From NCBI GenBank assembly GCA_040005235.1, contig JBDTZG010000020.1, forward strand, positions 27,256 to 91,255: a stretch of 64,000 nucleotides of DNA, in the 5' to 3' direction. The stretch comes from Acidobacteriota bacterium (GTDB lineage: Bacteria > Acidobacteriota > Thermoanaerobaculia > Multivoradales > UBA5704). Shown here in pieces: positions 36,298 through 49,084 of this stretch. Numbering within the stretch: position 1 is the stretch's first letter; every line of letters begins with the position of its first letter. Made by a program: the position numbers and the translations under genes. Below the pieces are notes generated by a model. That model worked only from the letters and a program-made list of their open reading frames with translations, ran no database searches and had not been told where the DNA came from.

Positions 36298-37503
<1,206 letters not shown>

Positions 37504-37625
37504 GGCCTCTCCTGCGCCTCCTCGGCATCCTTACCGGTCAATCTCTCGAATCCGTCTATGTGGTTCAACCCAGCCTTATTCCATCTTCACCGCGGCCGGG
37601 CTTACCGTCTTGATGAGCGTACTTT

Positions 37626-37700
37626 TGGAGCCCACGACCGGATTTGAACCGGTGACCCCTTCCTTACCAAGGAAGTGCTCTACCGCTGAGCCACGTGGGC
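37626..37700 (-). tRNA. tRNA-Thr (GGT)
   Basis: GCCCACGTGGCTCAGCGGTAGAGCACTTCCTTGGTAAGGAAGGGGTCACCGGTTCAAATCCGGTCGTGGGCTCCA. Confidence 0.97.
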
Positions 37701-37765
37701 TTGGGGACACCGATGCGCCGACCCTAGCCTGACGCCGGGGCCGCCGCCAGCGGCGAAACCCGACG

Positions 37766-37795
37766 AACTTACACCAACCGAGGACCCTCTTGCAA
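37766..37795 (-). promoter_or_regulatory. Probable sigma70 promoter for tRNA-Thr-tuf
   Basis: Minus strand TTGCAA-N18-TAAGTT, about 65 bp upstream of the tRNA. Confidence 0.5.
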
Positions 37796-37959
37796 GCCCC
37801 GAGCCTGAACGGCGGCGAGATTTTAGCGAGCTTGAAATGGGAATCCGCGGGGTCCGCCCTTACGGAACGGGGCCGACAGTCTGACAGAGGCGGAGGGTTC
37901 TTGTCCAGCACTCTTTTCTCTGACGACGCTCACCCCCGCACTTCGGGCGCCTTCGGCCT

Positions 37960-40900
37960 TCAGTTTTTCGCCACCCTCTCCCAAAACGCCCGAATCCGCC
38001 GCAGGCCCTCTTCGAAGACCAGCGTTTCCACCGAAAAAACGAACCGGCAGTGCTCGGGGATGCCCGTCCAGCGGCTATTGTTGATCATGAGATCGACCGC
38101 CCAGAACATGGCCTCAGCGATGTTTTCACTATCCAAAACGCAGGCGTATTCCCCGTGGCCGGTCGAGACCGAAAAGCTTCGGCCCAGATAGGCGGCGGGT
38201 CGGGCGACGAGGAACAACCCGCCGTGGCAGGGAAGGGGCTCCCAGCCGCACTCGGAGAGGACGGCCGAGAGACGCGCGGCCCGGGCGGCGAGTAGGCGCC
38301 GCTGTTCAATCAATTCTTCCCGGGTCCGGGGTGTCGGACGGTTCAGGCCGGAGAAGATCCGCTTGGCGGCAAAGCACGTCGTAGCATGGGGCGTGGCGGT
38401 GAGCCCCCGGGCGACCGAGCGCTCGATCGCCTCGCCGTGGCACCAGGCAAAACCGAAGCGCAGTCCCCCGCCGGCCAGCTCTTTGGACACGCCGCCGAGA
38501 AGGACCAAACTGAGGGCGTTGTCGGCAAGCACCGGTCCGAGATCCCACGACACCCCTTCGGCGTGCTCCAGGCCCGAAAAGAGCACGTCGATCACCACCC
38601 GCGCCCGGTGTTTCGCCGCCACGGCGAGCAACGAGGCGATCTCGTCGCTCTGATAGAGACTGCCGGTCGGATTGACCACCGGTCCATTCAGAAACAGCCA
38701 TGGCCGGGCGACCCCGGCGAGCGCCGTATCCAGCTCCTGAGGCGTCACCTTGAAACCGTTTGCCTTGTCGGTGGCGATCCGTAGCCACCGGCCGCCGAAC
38801 AGCTCGACCGTCGCGACGAAATAACCATAGGAACCGGCGGGAAAGACGAACGTGCCCCCCTCGGCGGCGCACGATTCGGCGAGGCTTGAAAAGAGCGGCG
38901 CCACCCCGAGCCCGAAAGCGAAACGCGGCGCGAGCCGGCCGGTTCCGACAACTCCCACATCGATACCAAAGCGTCGCCTCAAGAACTGCGCCACCTCCGC
39001 GGTCGGATCAGCCTCCGCCGCCGGCAGCTCGCGGCGGGCGAACGCCTCGAACAGGCTCGCCGCCACCAAAGTCGGCGAGGGGAGGGCGTTTTCGCCGTAG
39101 TCCAAGCGAACCGTGTTGGCCGTTCGCGGCAGATGCTCGGCGACGATCGCGGGATGCTCGAACGCCTTCCTGCATCGTTCCGCGAGCGCCACGGTGGAAG
39201 AGAACGCTCTGCCAGGTCCAGTCCCCGGTACCGTTCCAGCCGACCGGGCGACCGCGGGGCTCAAGGGATCGAGCCGGAAGCTCAGAAGCTCCGCAAGGAT
39301 CGTGTCGTAGTACTCCTGGGTGAAGAGCGGCACCCGGCTGTAGGTCATCTCGGCGGCGTTTTCGAGCGCCGTCACCAGGCCGTCGTCCTCGGAGAGCAGA
39401 AAACAGACTTCGAGGTCGCGATAGACCCGGTTCCGCACCAATCCGCAGAGGATCGCCACGTGGGCGGGCAGCGGCGCCTCGGAGAGCGCTTGAAGGACGC
39501 CGTTGCTCCGGGGCGTGCTGTCCAGCTCGAAGAACGACGAGATGTCGACCACCAGGCGCGCCCCGGCCCGTCCCGAGGTTTCGACTAGGCGCAGGAACGA
39601 ATCGGGCGAGCGGACGTCCCCGGCGTCGAGCGTCGTCACCACCAGCTGGGGCGCAAGCGCCGCAATCAGCTTGCAGGCCAGGTCGGCCCGGAGGGGGCAT
39701 TCGAGCACGTCCCCTGAGAAAGCCAGTTGGATCGCCTGGCCCTGGGAGCTCGTCTGGAGAGAGGGGTGAATCAGCGACAGCGTCGGGGCGTACAGCGTGA
39801 ACAGGTTGCGCAGCGCCGAGGCACGGTTCGGCAGGGCCACCAGGTTAACCGCCCCGAGCGGAATCGCGAAGTAGCGCTCCAGGTATTCGGCGAACCGCTG
39901 CCGAAAGGGCAGAGCGCCAAGCGTCTCGCCGTAGGGAAAAGCGCGCCGTTCCGGCAGCAGCCGGGCCAGGCGGGCGAGGAACGCGGATTTTTCTTCGACC
40001 AGCGCGTCGTCTTCATAGTCCAGATCGAGCGCATTGCGCACCGGACGCCACTCTTCGCCGTGGAGGGCGGCGAACACCGGGTTCATCGCCTCGGGGAAGC
40101 GCAGCCGCCCTTCGAACACCGTGAGCGAATGAAAGATCGCCCCTCCTGCTCTGGCATAGGCCTGCGCGGTCCGGGCCGAGACCGGCTCGTCGCTATGGAC
40201 CCCGAGGAAGAACTCGAACCGGTGCCGGCCGCTCCGCTCGATCTCCGCAAGCGGGCTGATGTCGGTGTCGTCCGCCTGGGCGATCCGGGTGGACCAGATC
40301 TCGCGCATCGCCAAGCCTCGGCGGCAGAACATCTGGCGCAGGATCTCCCGGCCGGGCCGGCCGCCCAGGTTCAGCACCACCCAGCCGCCGGGCCGCATCA
40401 CCTCGATCGCCTCTTCAAGGGCGCGCGCCACGAGCCCGAGCCCGAACAGGTCCTCCAGATAGCCCTGATGGCCGGTGTAATTGGAGAGCGAGACGAGAAA
40501 CTCGTCGCTCAGCTCCTTGCCGGTGCCATCCAGCTCGCCCAGGTTCGGATCGAGCACCTGCGGGATGCAGCCGATCACCCGATCGAGATTCAAGCCCCCC
40601 TCTCTCACCCAGGCCAGTAGGTCCGATTCGTGAAACTCCACCCGGTCGAGCAGGCTCTTGCCGTCGGCGTCCAGAATCGGTTCGCCGTCCGAGGTCAAGG
40701 CGTTCAGGTAGAGATTGATCCTCGCGCAGGTGATCGCCCGCGGGTTGATGTCCAGGCCGTAGAGCTTCTCCGGCGCCGCGTGGTGGGCGAGCGCGAGGGT
40801 CACCCAACCGTTGCCGCAACCCAGCTCGGCCAAGGTCCGGCCGGCGAAGTCGTGCGGCGAGTAACGGGCGAGCCCTTCGAAGAAGGTCCGCGACCACTCC

Positions 40901-41184
40901 TCGGGGGCAAAGACGCTGGGGAACTGGAGCAGGACGAGGGCGCCCTCGGAGCGTCCGATCGAGAGCGTGCCAAGCTGGAAATGAAACGCCCCCGGCTGCT
41001 CCCCAGCTTCGACCGCCCGGTCGAACGCCAAGGCGATCCGCGCCAAGAACCGCCGCGCCTCCCCGCGAGTCGCGAGATCTTCGAGCGCGGAAAGGATCTC
41101 CTCGAACCGCCGGTACGCCGTTGCACTGGCGCTTCGGCAGGCGGCGAGGAACTCCTCGGCGTCGAGGGGATCGATGGGCCTCAC
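37960..41184 (-). CDS. Plant-type methionine S-methyltransferase (SAM-methyltransferase domain fused to a PLP aminotransferase-like region), ~1074 aa
   Basis: PSVFAPEEWSRTFFEGL, ELGCGNGW, YGLDINPRA, NLYLNAL, LLDRVEFHESDLL, GCIPQVLDPN, SLSNY, FGLGLVARALEE, QADDTDISPLAEIE, HRFEFF match the motif order recalled for plant MMT. C-terminal NPTG and SKELAGGGLRFG. GTG start overlaps the udk stop (GTGA). Confidence 0.85.
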   Translation of the reverse strand: MRPIDPLDAEEFLAACRSASATAYRRFEEILSALEDLATRGEARRFLARIALAFDRAVEAGEQPGAFHFQLGTLSIGRSEGALVLLQFPSVFAPEEWSRTFFEGLARYSPHDFAGRTLAELGCGNGWVTLALAHHAAPEKLYGLDINPRAITCARINLYLNALTSDGEPILDADGKSLLDRVEFHESDLLAWVREGGLNLDRVIGCIPQVLDPNLGELDGTGKELSDEFLVSLSNYTGHQGYLEDLFGLGLVARALEEAIEVMRPGGWVVLNLGGRPGREILRQMFCRRGLAMREIWSTRIAQADDTDISPLAEIERSGRHRFEFFLGVHSDEPVSARTAQAYARAGGAIFHSLTVFEGRLRFPEAMNPVFAALHGEEWRPVRNALDLDYEDDALVEEKSAFLARLARLLPERRAFPYGETLGALPFRQRFAEYLERYFAIPLGAVNLVALPNRASALRNLFTLYAPTLSLIHPSLQTSSQGQAIQLAFSGDVLECPLRADLACKLIAALAPQLVVTTLDAGDVRSPDSFLRLVETSGRAGARLVVDISSFFELDSTPRSNGVLQALSEAPLPAHVAILCGLVRNRVYRDLEVCFLLSEDDGLVTALENAAEMTYSRVPLFTQEYYDTILAELLSFRLDPLSPAVARSAGTVPGTGPGRAFSSTVALAERCRKAFEHPAIVAEHLPRTANTVRLDYGENALPSPTLVAASLFEAFARRELPAAEADPTAEVAQFLRRRFGIDVGVVGTGRLAPRFAFGLGVAPLFSSLAESCAAEGGTFVFPAGSYGYFVATVELFGGRWLRIATDKANGFKVTPQELDTALAGVARPWLFLNGPVVNPTGSLYQSDEIASLLAVAAKHRARVVIDVLFSGLEHAEGVSWDLGPVLADNALSLVLLGGVSKELAGGGLRFGFAWCHGEAIERSVARGLTATPHATTCFAAKRIFSGLNRPTPRTREELIEQRRLLAARAARLSAVLSECGWEPLPCHGGLFLVARPAAYLGRSFSVSTGHGEYACVLDSENIAEAMFWAVDLMINNSRWTGIPEHCRFVFSVETLVFEEGLRRIRAFWERVAKN

Positions 41185-41822
41185 GGTTGGCCGAGCAGCT
41201 GTTCGACCCGGGCGACGACCATCTCCAGGGCGACCCGGTTCTCCCCCCCCTCGGGGATGATGATGTCGGCCCAGCGCTTCGACGGCTCGACGAATTCGAG
41301 GTGCATCGGCCGGACCGTCTCCTGGTACTGGCGCAGGACGTCCTCGACCGTCCTCCCCCGCTCGTCCAGGTCGCGGGTGAGCCGGCGGATCAGTCGAATG
41401 TCGGCGTCGGTATCGACATAGACCTTGAAGTCCTGGATCGCCCGCAAAGAGGGCTCGACGAAGATCAGGATCCCTTCGAGCAGCACGACCGGCCGCGGCT
41501 CGACGACGCGGGTCCGGTCGGTCCTGCGGTGGCGCACGAAATCGTAGATCGGCACCTCGACCGCGCGGCCGGCGCGGAGCTCGCGGACGTGCTCGACCAG
41601 CAGCTCGTTGTCGATCGCCGCCGGATGGTCGAAATTGTGGTGAAGCAACGAGGAGTCGGTCGTCCAATCGACGTCGCGGTAATAGTTGTCCTGCTCGATC
41701 AGGGCGATCCGGTCGCGGCCGACGGCGTCGAGAATCGAGCGCACGACGGTCGTCTTGCCCGAACCGGTCCCTCCCGCGACGCCCAGAACGCGGGGCTGTG
41801 AAGAGGCGATGGCTGAAAGCAT
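41181..41822 (-). CDS. udk: Uridine kinase
   Basis: GGTGSGKTT, QDNYY, NFDHP, EGIL, RGRTV, VRPMHLEFVEPSKRWADIIIP. Confidence 0.96.
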   Translation of the reverse strand: MLSAIASSQPRVLGVAGGTGSGKTTVVRSILDAVGRDRIALIEQDNYYRDVDWTTDSSLLHHNFDHPAAIDNELLVEHVRELRAGRAVEVPIYDFVRHRRTDRTRVVEPRPVVLLEGILIFVEPSLRAIQDFKVYVDTDADIRLIRRLTRDLDERGRTVEDVLRQYQETVRPMHLEFVEPSKRWADIIIPEGGENRVALEMVVARVEQLLGQP

Positions 41823-41856
41823 CCCGGGATTGTATCCGGCCGCGATCGTCTGGGCT

Positions 41857-41948
41857 CAGCGCCGCGGAACTTTCCTGCGGGCGGGCCCTCGTAACTCGCT
41901 TCGCTCAGACAGACTCGGGCTCCGTCCTCGGAAAGTTCCGCGGCGCTG
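41857..41948. repeat. Palindromic intergenic element (REP/MITE-like) with 19-bp perfect terminal inverted repeats
   Basis: CAGCGCCGCGGAACTTTCC (41857-41875) and GGAAAGTTCCGCGGCGCTG (41930-41948) enclose ...AACTCGCTTCGCTCAGACAG... Confidence 0.7.
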
Positions 41949-41955
41949 GGAACCG

Positions 41956-42780
41956 TTATCGTTGGCAGCCCGGGCAGAAGTAGGTGCTCCGGTTGCCGAG
42001 GACGGTCCGGCGAATGGTCTTGCCACACCGTTTGCACTCTTCGCCTTCCCGGTCGTAGACCGAGAGGGAAACCTGGAAGTACCCGCTCCGCCCTTCGCCG
42101 TCGGCGAAATCGTTGAGCGTCGTTCCGCCTTCCGCCACCGCCTGGGAGAGCACCTCGACGAGAAGCTCCGCGAGCCGATCCCAGCGCTTCGCCGAGATCC
42201 GCGCGACCGACCGCAAAGGGTGGATGCCGGCGCGGAAGAGCGTTTCCGCCGCATAGATGTTCCCCGCGCCGACCACCACGGTGCCGTCCATCAAGAAGCC
42301 TTTGACCGGACCACGCCGCCCTTCCGCCGCAGCCTTGAGGGTGCGGCCGGAGAAGCCCGGCTCCAGCGGCTCCACCCCGAGATGAGAAAAATGCGGATCG
42401 TCGTTCCGCTCGGCGGTCTTGTAGGTGAAGACGAGCCCGAACCGCCGCGGGTCGCGCAAGCGGAGCTTTCTCCCCGAGGCGAGGAAGAACGCGACGTGCT
42501 CGTGCGGTTCGAGCGGCTCGTCTTCCGGAACCAGGGTGAACCGACCGCTCATGCCGAGGTGAACCCCGAGGCTCCATCCCCCTTCGAGATCGAGCAGCAG
42601 GTACTTGCCCCGCCGGTCGAGCCGGTCGATCCGCCGGCCGGAGACACGCCGGGCCAGCTCGCGGGTCTGGATCGGCTCGCGCAGGCGGGCATCGCGAACC
42701 TCCACCCGCTCGATGCGGTCGCCCAGCACGAACGGCTCCAGGCTGCGACGGAGAACTTCGATTTCGGGAAGCTCGGGCAT
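41956..42780 (-). CDS. mutM: Formamidopyrimidine-DNA glycosylase
   Basis: MPELPE, RRGKYL, HLGMSG, DPRRFG, GNIYA, C-terminal CxxC...CPGCQ finger. Confidence 0.98.
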   Translation of the reverse strand: MPELPEIEVLRRSLEPFVLGDRIERVEVRDARLREPIQTRELARRVSGRRIDRLDRRGKYLLLDLEGGWSLGVHLGMSGRFTLVPEDEPLEPHEHVAFFLASGRKLRLRDPRRFGLVFTYKTAERNDDPHFSHLGVEPLEPGFSGRTLKAAAEGRRGPVKGFLMDGTVVVGAGNIYAAETLFRAGIHPLRSVARISAKRWDRLAELLVEVLSQAVAEGGTTLNDFADGEGRSGYFQVSLSVYDREGEECKRCGKTIRRTVLGNRSTYFCPGCQR

Positions 42781-42800
42781 GGCGGTTCCCTGACCTCCCC

Positions 42801-46004
<3,204 letters not shown>

Positions 46005-46035
46005 GGTCGGCGGCGGAGTTTATCCCAGGGGGGCG

Positions 46036-47682
46036 TCACTCACCTCCCGTGCCGAGCAACACGTCAACGACTTCGGCGGCGAAGGTCATCGTTCGGCCAT
46101 CGATGAGAACCGTTCGGTTCGGCGCCGAAGGGTCGGGATCGCTCGTCGGCCGGGCACCCGGCATTCCATGCGCGAGAAGCGCCGCCGCGCAACCGGGCCA
46201 ATCTCCATCGACGCGCGGCTCGTTGAGCGAGGCCCACGAGAGGGTACCGATCACGTCGCTGCCGTAGCCGTGCGATTCGCGAAAACTGGCGCCATGTTCC
46301 AGCAAGAACTCCGCGAGCGCCGGATTGCCGCGGAAGACCGCCCAGTTGAGCGCCGAGCCGTCGATGTCGCCGCCGCGCACGGCGATCGGCCACCCCAACT
46401 CGACCATCAGCCTCACCGCGTCGTCGCTGCCGCCCATTGCCAGGTTGGGCAACTGCCTCAATTGCCCCGCCGAAAGAGAGGCGAACAGATCGGGCTTCGC
46501 GGCGAGCAACTCCCGTGCTTCCGCCTTGTCCACGCGAGCGCAGGCCGCCACGAATTTTTCTTCGAGGGAAAGCGGTTCGCCGTTGCCCCCCTCTTCGAGC
46601 AGCCGGACCACCTCGGGCAGCCCGAAGCTCCCGGCGCGCCGGTGGGCGCTCTGCCCATCGGAATGGAGCGTCCGTGGATCCGCCCCGGCGTCCAGCAAGG
46701 CTCGCACGTGCGCAGCGGACCTTCCGCGGTAGATCGCCCAGTGAAGGATGCGGCCCAAGTCCGGGTCGCCCTGCTCCGTGTGCGCCAGGAGCATCTTCAG
46801 ACCGGCGAGGTTGTCGAAATCCAGCACCTTCGCCAGGGCATTCGTACCGGGGACCCTCGCGCCCCCTTCCAACAAAAGCCGCGTGCAGGGCAGCTCGCGC
46901 CGCGGGTCTTCCAGCGAATGGTAGAGCGACTCTCCATCGTTGGGGTCGGCACCGGCGGCGAGCAGCATTTCGGTCATCGTCACGTCGTGCAGTTTGCCGG
47001 CCGCGCCGTAGATCGCGGTCAGCCTTTCATCGCCGGGTTTTTCGAGCGAGTGCGGCGGCCACCGGTTGCCGAACGACGCGTTGGGATCGGCCTGCGCGTC
47101 GAGCAGCAGGCGAACCGAGCGATAGAGCGCCTCGCGGTAGGGATCGAGGCCCGCGAGCCCCGAGTGCGTGATGGCGATCAACGGCGGGATGTTCAAGAGC
47201 CCCCCGCTGCGATTCACCCACCCGGCATCACGATCGATCGCGCGACGAATCGCTCCCTCGTCACCGATCGCGCAGGCGAGGTAAGGGTCGTCCCCCGCCA
47301 GCTCCGGAGTCTCGGCAAGCAAACGCGCCGCAAGCGCGGGCCGGGGCCGTCCGGTGCCGCCTGCGACATCCGCCCCGTAGACAAGCCGCAGCCAATGAAG
47401 GCGCCGGCTCTCAAAGCTCTCCCTCAGAACGCCCTCCAGCTCCACGTAGTCTTTAAGCTCCACCCAGCTCGAAAAGCCGTACTCGCGGGCAATGCACGAC
47501 TGCATGTCGTGTAGCCGAAGTTGCAGCGCGATCAGGGCGGGGTTGCTCTTGTTCCGGGCGGAGGGGAGGGACTGCCGAAGCCGTTCGAATGCGGCGGCAT
47601 CCTCAAGGCGGTACTGGCGCAGCAGATCCTTCGCCTGCTTGCGCAAATGTTCGACGCTGGAACGCTCGGGGAGTGTGCTCAC
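46036..47682 (-). CDS. Ankyrin-repeat protein with N-terminal 'LPxxxxxEHLRKQAKDLL...IAREYGFxSW' helical domain
   Basis: Repeated LLxAGADPN-type ankyrin motifs. GGAGG SD lies 8 nt before GTG at 47682, preferred over ATG 47697. Confidence 0.85.
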   Translation of the reverse strand: MSTLPERSSVEHLRKQAKDLLRQYRLEDAAAFERLRQSLPSARNKSNPALIALQLRLHDMQSCIAREYGFSSWVELKDYVELEGVLRESFESRRLHWLRLVYGADVAGGTGRPRPALAARLLAETPELAGDDPYLACAIGDEGAIRRAIDRDAGWVNRSGGLLNIPPLIAITHSGLAGLDPYREALYRSVRLLLDAQADPNASFGNRWPPHSLEKPGDERLTAIYGAAGKLHDVTMTEMLLAAGADPNDGESLYHSLEDPRRELPCTRLLLEGGARVPGTNALAKVLDFDNLAGLKMLLAHTEQGDPDLGRILHWAIYRGRSAAHVRALLDAGADPRTLHSDGQSAHRRAGSFGLPEVVRLLEEGGNGEPLSLEEKFVAACARVDKAEARELLAAKPDLFASLSAGQLRQLPNLAMGGSDDAVRLMVELGWPIAVRGGDIDGSALNWAVFRGNPALAEFLLEHGASFRESHGYGSDVIGTLSWASLNEPRVDGDWPGCAAALLAHGMPGARPTSDPDPSAPNRTVLIDGRTMTFAAEVVDVLLGTGGE

Positions 47683-47702
47683 GGACAAAACCTCCATGCA
47701 TT

Positions 47703-47818
47703 TGACGCCGGAAAGGTCCGCAGCACCGGCTGCATAAAGGTTCGCTGGTCGACAGCGCCTACTACAAGTGGGTTCAACCCTGCCCGCGGACCCGGGTGCG
47801 GCTTGCTCCGCCGCGTCA
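47703..47818 (-). ncRNA. Candidate structured 5' leader RNA of the ankyrin gene
   Basis: Nested pairings TGACGC/GCGTCA, CGGA/TCCG and GGTCCGC/GCGGACC, with internal hairpins GGGT-TGA-ACCC and CGCTG-TCGAC-CAGCG, ending a few nt before the SD. Confidence 0.5.
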
Positions 47819-48348
47819 TCATAGCCGACGGATGCCTTTCGGGGTTCGCTTCGGAAAGGCTGGAAGCAAAGTTATACGCACGATCGATCGACCTTGCGAA
47901 TAACGAGCTAGAATCGGTCCGTCATGCTCACCCACCTCCTCCCCGACTCGGTGCGCACGCTCTACGCCGAGCTGCTCGACCTCGCAACGGACCTGATCGG
48001 CTGCGTGAGCGGCGGGCCGCCCGATCTTTCCGAGCAGACGGGGAAGAAATTTCGCCAAATCCTCGGACGGCCCGTACCTGATCCTCATTGATGCCGGCAC
48101 ATTGGTCGCGCTCATCGAGCTGACGGCCGCCACGCGAAGCGTGGTAGACGAACGGCCGGAGAATTTGCGGGCGGGCGGGGCCGTTGTGCAAACGGTGGCG
48201 GCGGCGGGCTTGGCGTAAGGGTTGAAATTGCTCGTCGCGAGCGAACCGCGCTTACCAGGCGCTTCTAAGCCTCGTCCCCGCGCGAAAGCGGCCATCGCGG
48301 GCGCAATACGACTAGCGTACCGCGGAAGCGGCTATCGCCGACCGCTAG

Positions 48349-48522
48349 TCCTATCCGGAGACCCATGTTCCTATTTGGGGACGACAACTCCTGTTTCAGG
48401 ACGACTGCCCCCGTTCGGGGACGTACGCTCCGATTCGGAGACCTGCTCTCCCATTCGGAGACAAATGCTCCCATTGAGGGACCGCGCGTCCCATCCGGAG
48501 CCTGCTATTCCGATTTGGAGAC
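48349..48522. repeat. Phased tandem array: nine 14-bp quasi-palindromic cores separated by 6-bp variable spacers (period exactly 20 bp)
   Basis: Cores start at 48349, 48369 ... 48509; consensus TCCNATTCGGRGAC. Confidence 0.85.
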
Positions 48523-48945
48523 CGCTTTTCGCTTTCGACCGCCCACGGCGGCTTTAGAGCGTCCAAGATCGGATTCATCCGAGCGTTTCGCCAGTTCTTC
48601 CCGGATCACCTCGCGGATGCGCGCCTCTTGCTCGGGAGCGAACGCCAGCGCCTTGCGGCGAGATTTCGGCGGCTGCGGCTCGCCAATCCACTCTTCGAGC
48701 TGTCGGGGCGCGGCGATCTCGTCCTCCGGATAGCCCAACCGGAGAAAATCGGACGGCCGAACCTTCAACAACCGCGCGAGATCGACCAGGTGGCGAACGC
48801 GCAGCTCGGGATGTCCCTGGAACATCTCTTCCAACCGGCCGTGCCCGACCCCCATCGCCGCTTCCAGATCGCGCTTGTTGCCTGGCCATGCGTTGCAGGC
48901 GTCGTGAACCAGGCCCAACAACAGCCGCCTCAGATCTTTGTCCAT
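48505..48945 (-). CDS. XRE/Cro-like helix-turn-helix protein
   Basis: KRDLEAAMGVGHGRLEEMFQGHPELRVRHLVDLARLLKVRPSDFL fits the XRE five-helix pattern; basic C-terminal tail. Confidence 0.65.
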   Translation of the reverse strand: MDKDLRRLLLGLVHDACNAWPGNKRDLEAAMGVGHGRLEEMFQGHPELRVRHLVDLARLLKVRPSDFLRLGYPEDEIAAPRQLEEWIGEPQPPKSRRKALAFAPEQEARIREVIREELAKRSDESDLGRSKAAVGGRKRKAVSKSE

Positions 48946-49022
48946 GAGGTGAGTAGTCCTCCGGCCTTTCTATCGTAGCGGACGCTGCCAACTGGCGGCA
49001 GCGCGAATGGCGCCGCACCCCA

Positions 49023-49069
49023 CGAGCGGTTGAAACCGCTCGCTACGTTACAACGTCCCTGCGGGACGT
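49023..49069. repeat. REP-like double hairpin
   Basis: CGAGCGGT-TGAA-ACCGCTCG followed by ACGTCCC-TGC-GGGACGT. Confidence 0.6.
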
Positions 49070-49084
49070 ATTTTGAACCATCGC

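Noticed and set aside
37626-37960. Integrative element at tRNA-Thr or tRNA-Trp carrying the methyltransferase
   Set aside because: No integrase and no duplicated tRNA 3' end seen; the gene lies upstream of the tRNA 5' end and has host-like composition.
41185-41667. N-terminal 161-aa extension of the methyltransferase ORF (1235-aa call)
   Set aside because: It overlaps udk in another frame; MMT-like sequence begins right at the GTG overlapping the udk stop.
47924-48218. Short + strand fragments (MLTHLLPDSVRTLYAELLDL...; ...LILIDAGTLVALI...) resembling nucleotidyltransferase and PIN-domain N-termini
   Set aside because: Too short and degenerate to support a family call by eye; possibly toxin-antitoxin debris.
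48349-48522. CRISPR or guide-RNA array interpretation of the 20-bp array
   Set aside because: Cores are 14 bp and degenerate, spacers are only 6 bp, and no cas or other effector nuclease gene is adjacent. Kept as an unexplained repeat.
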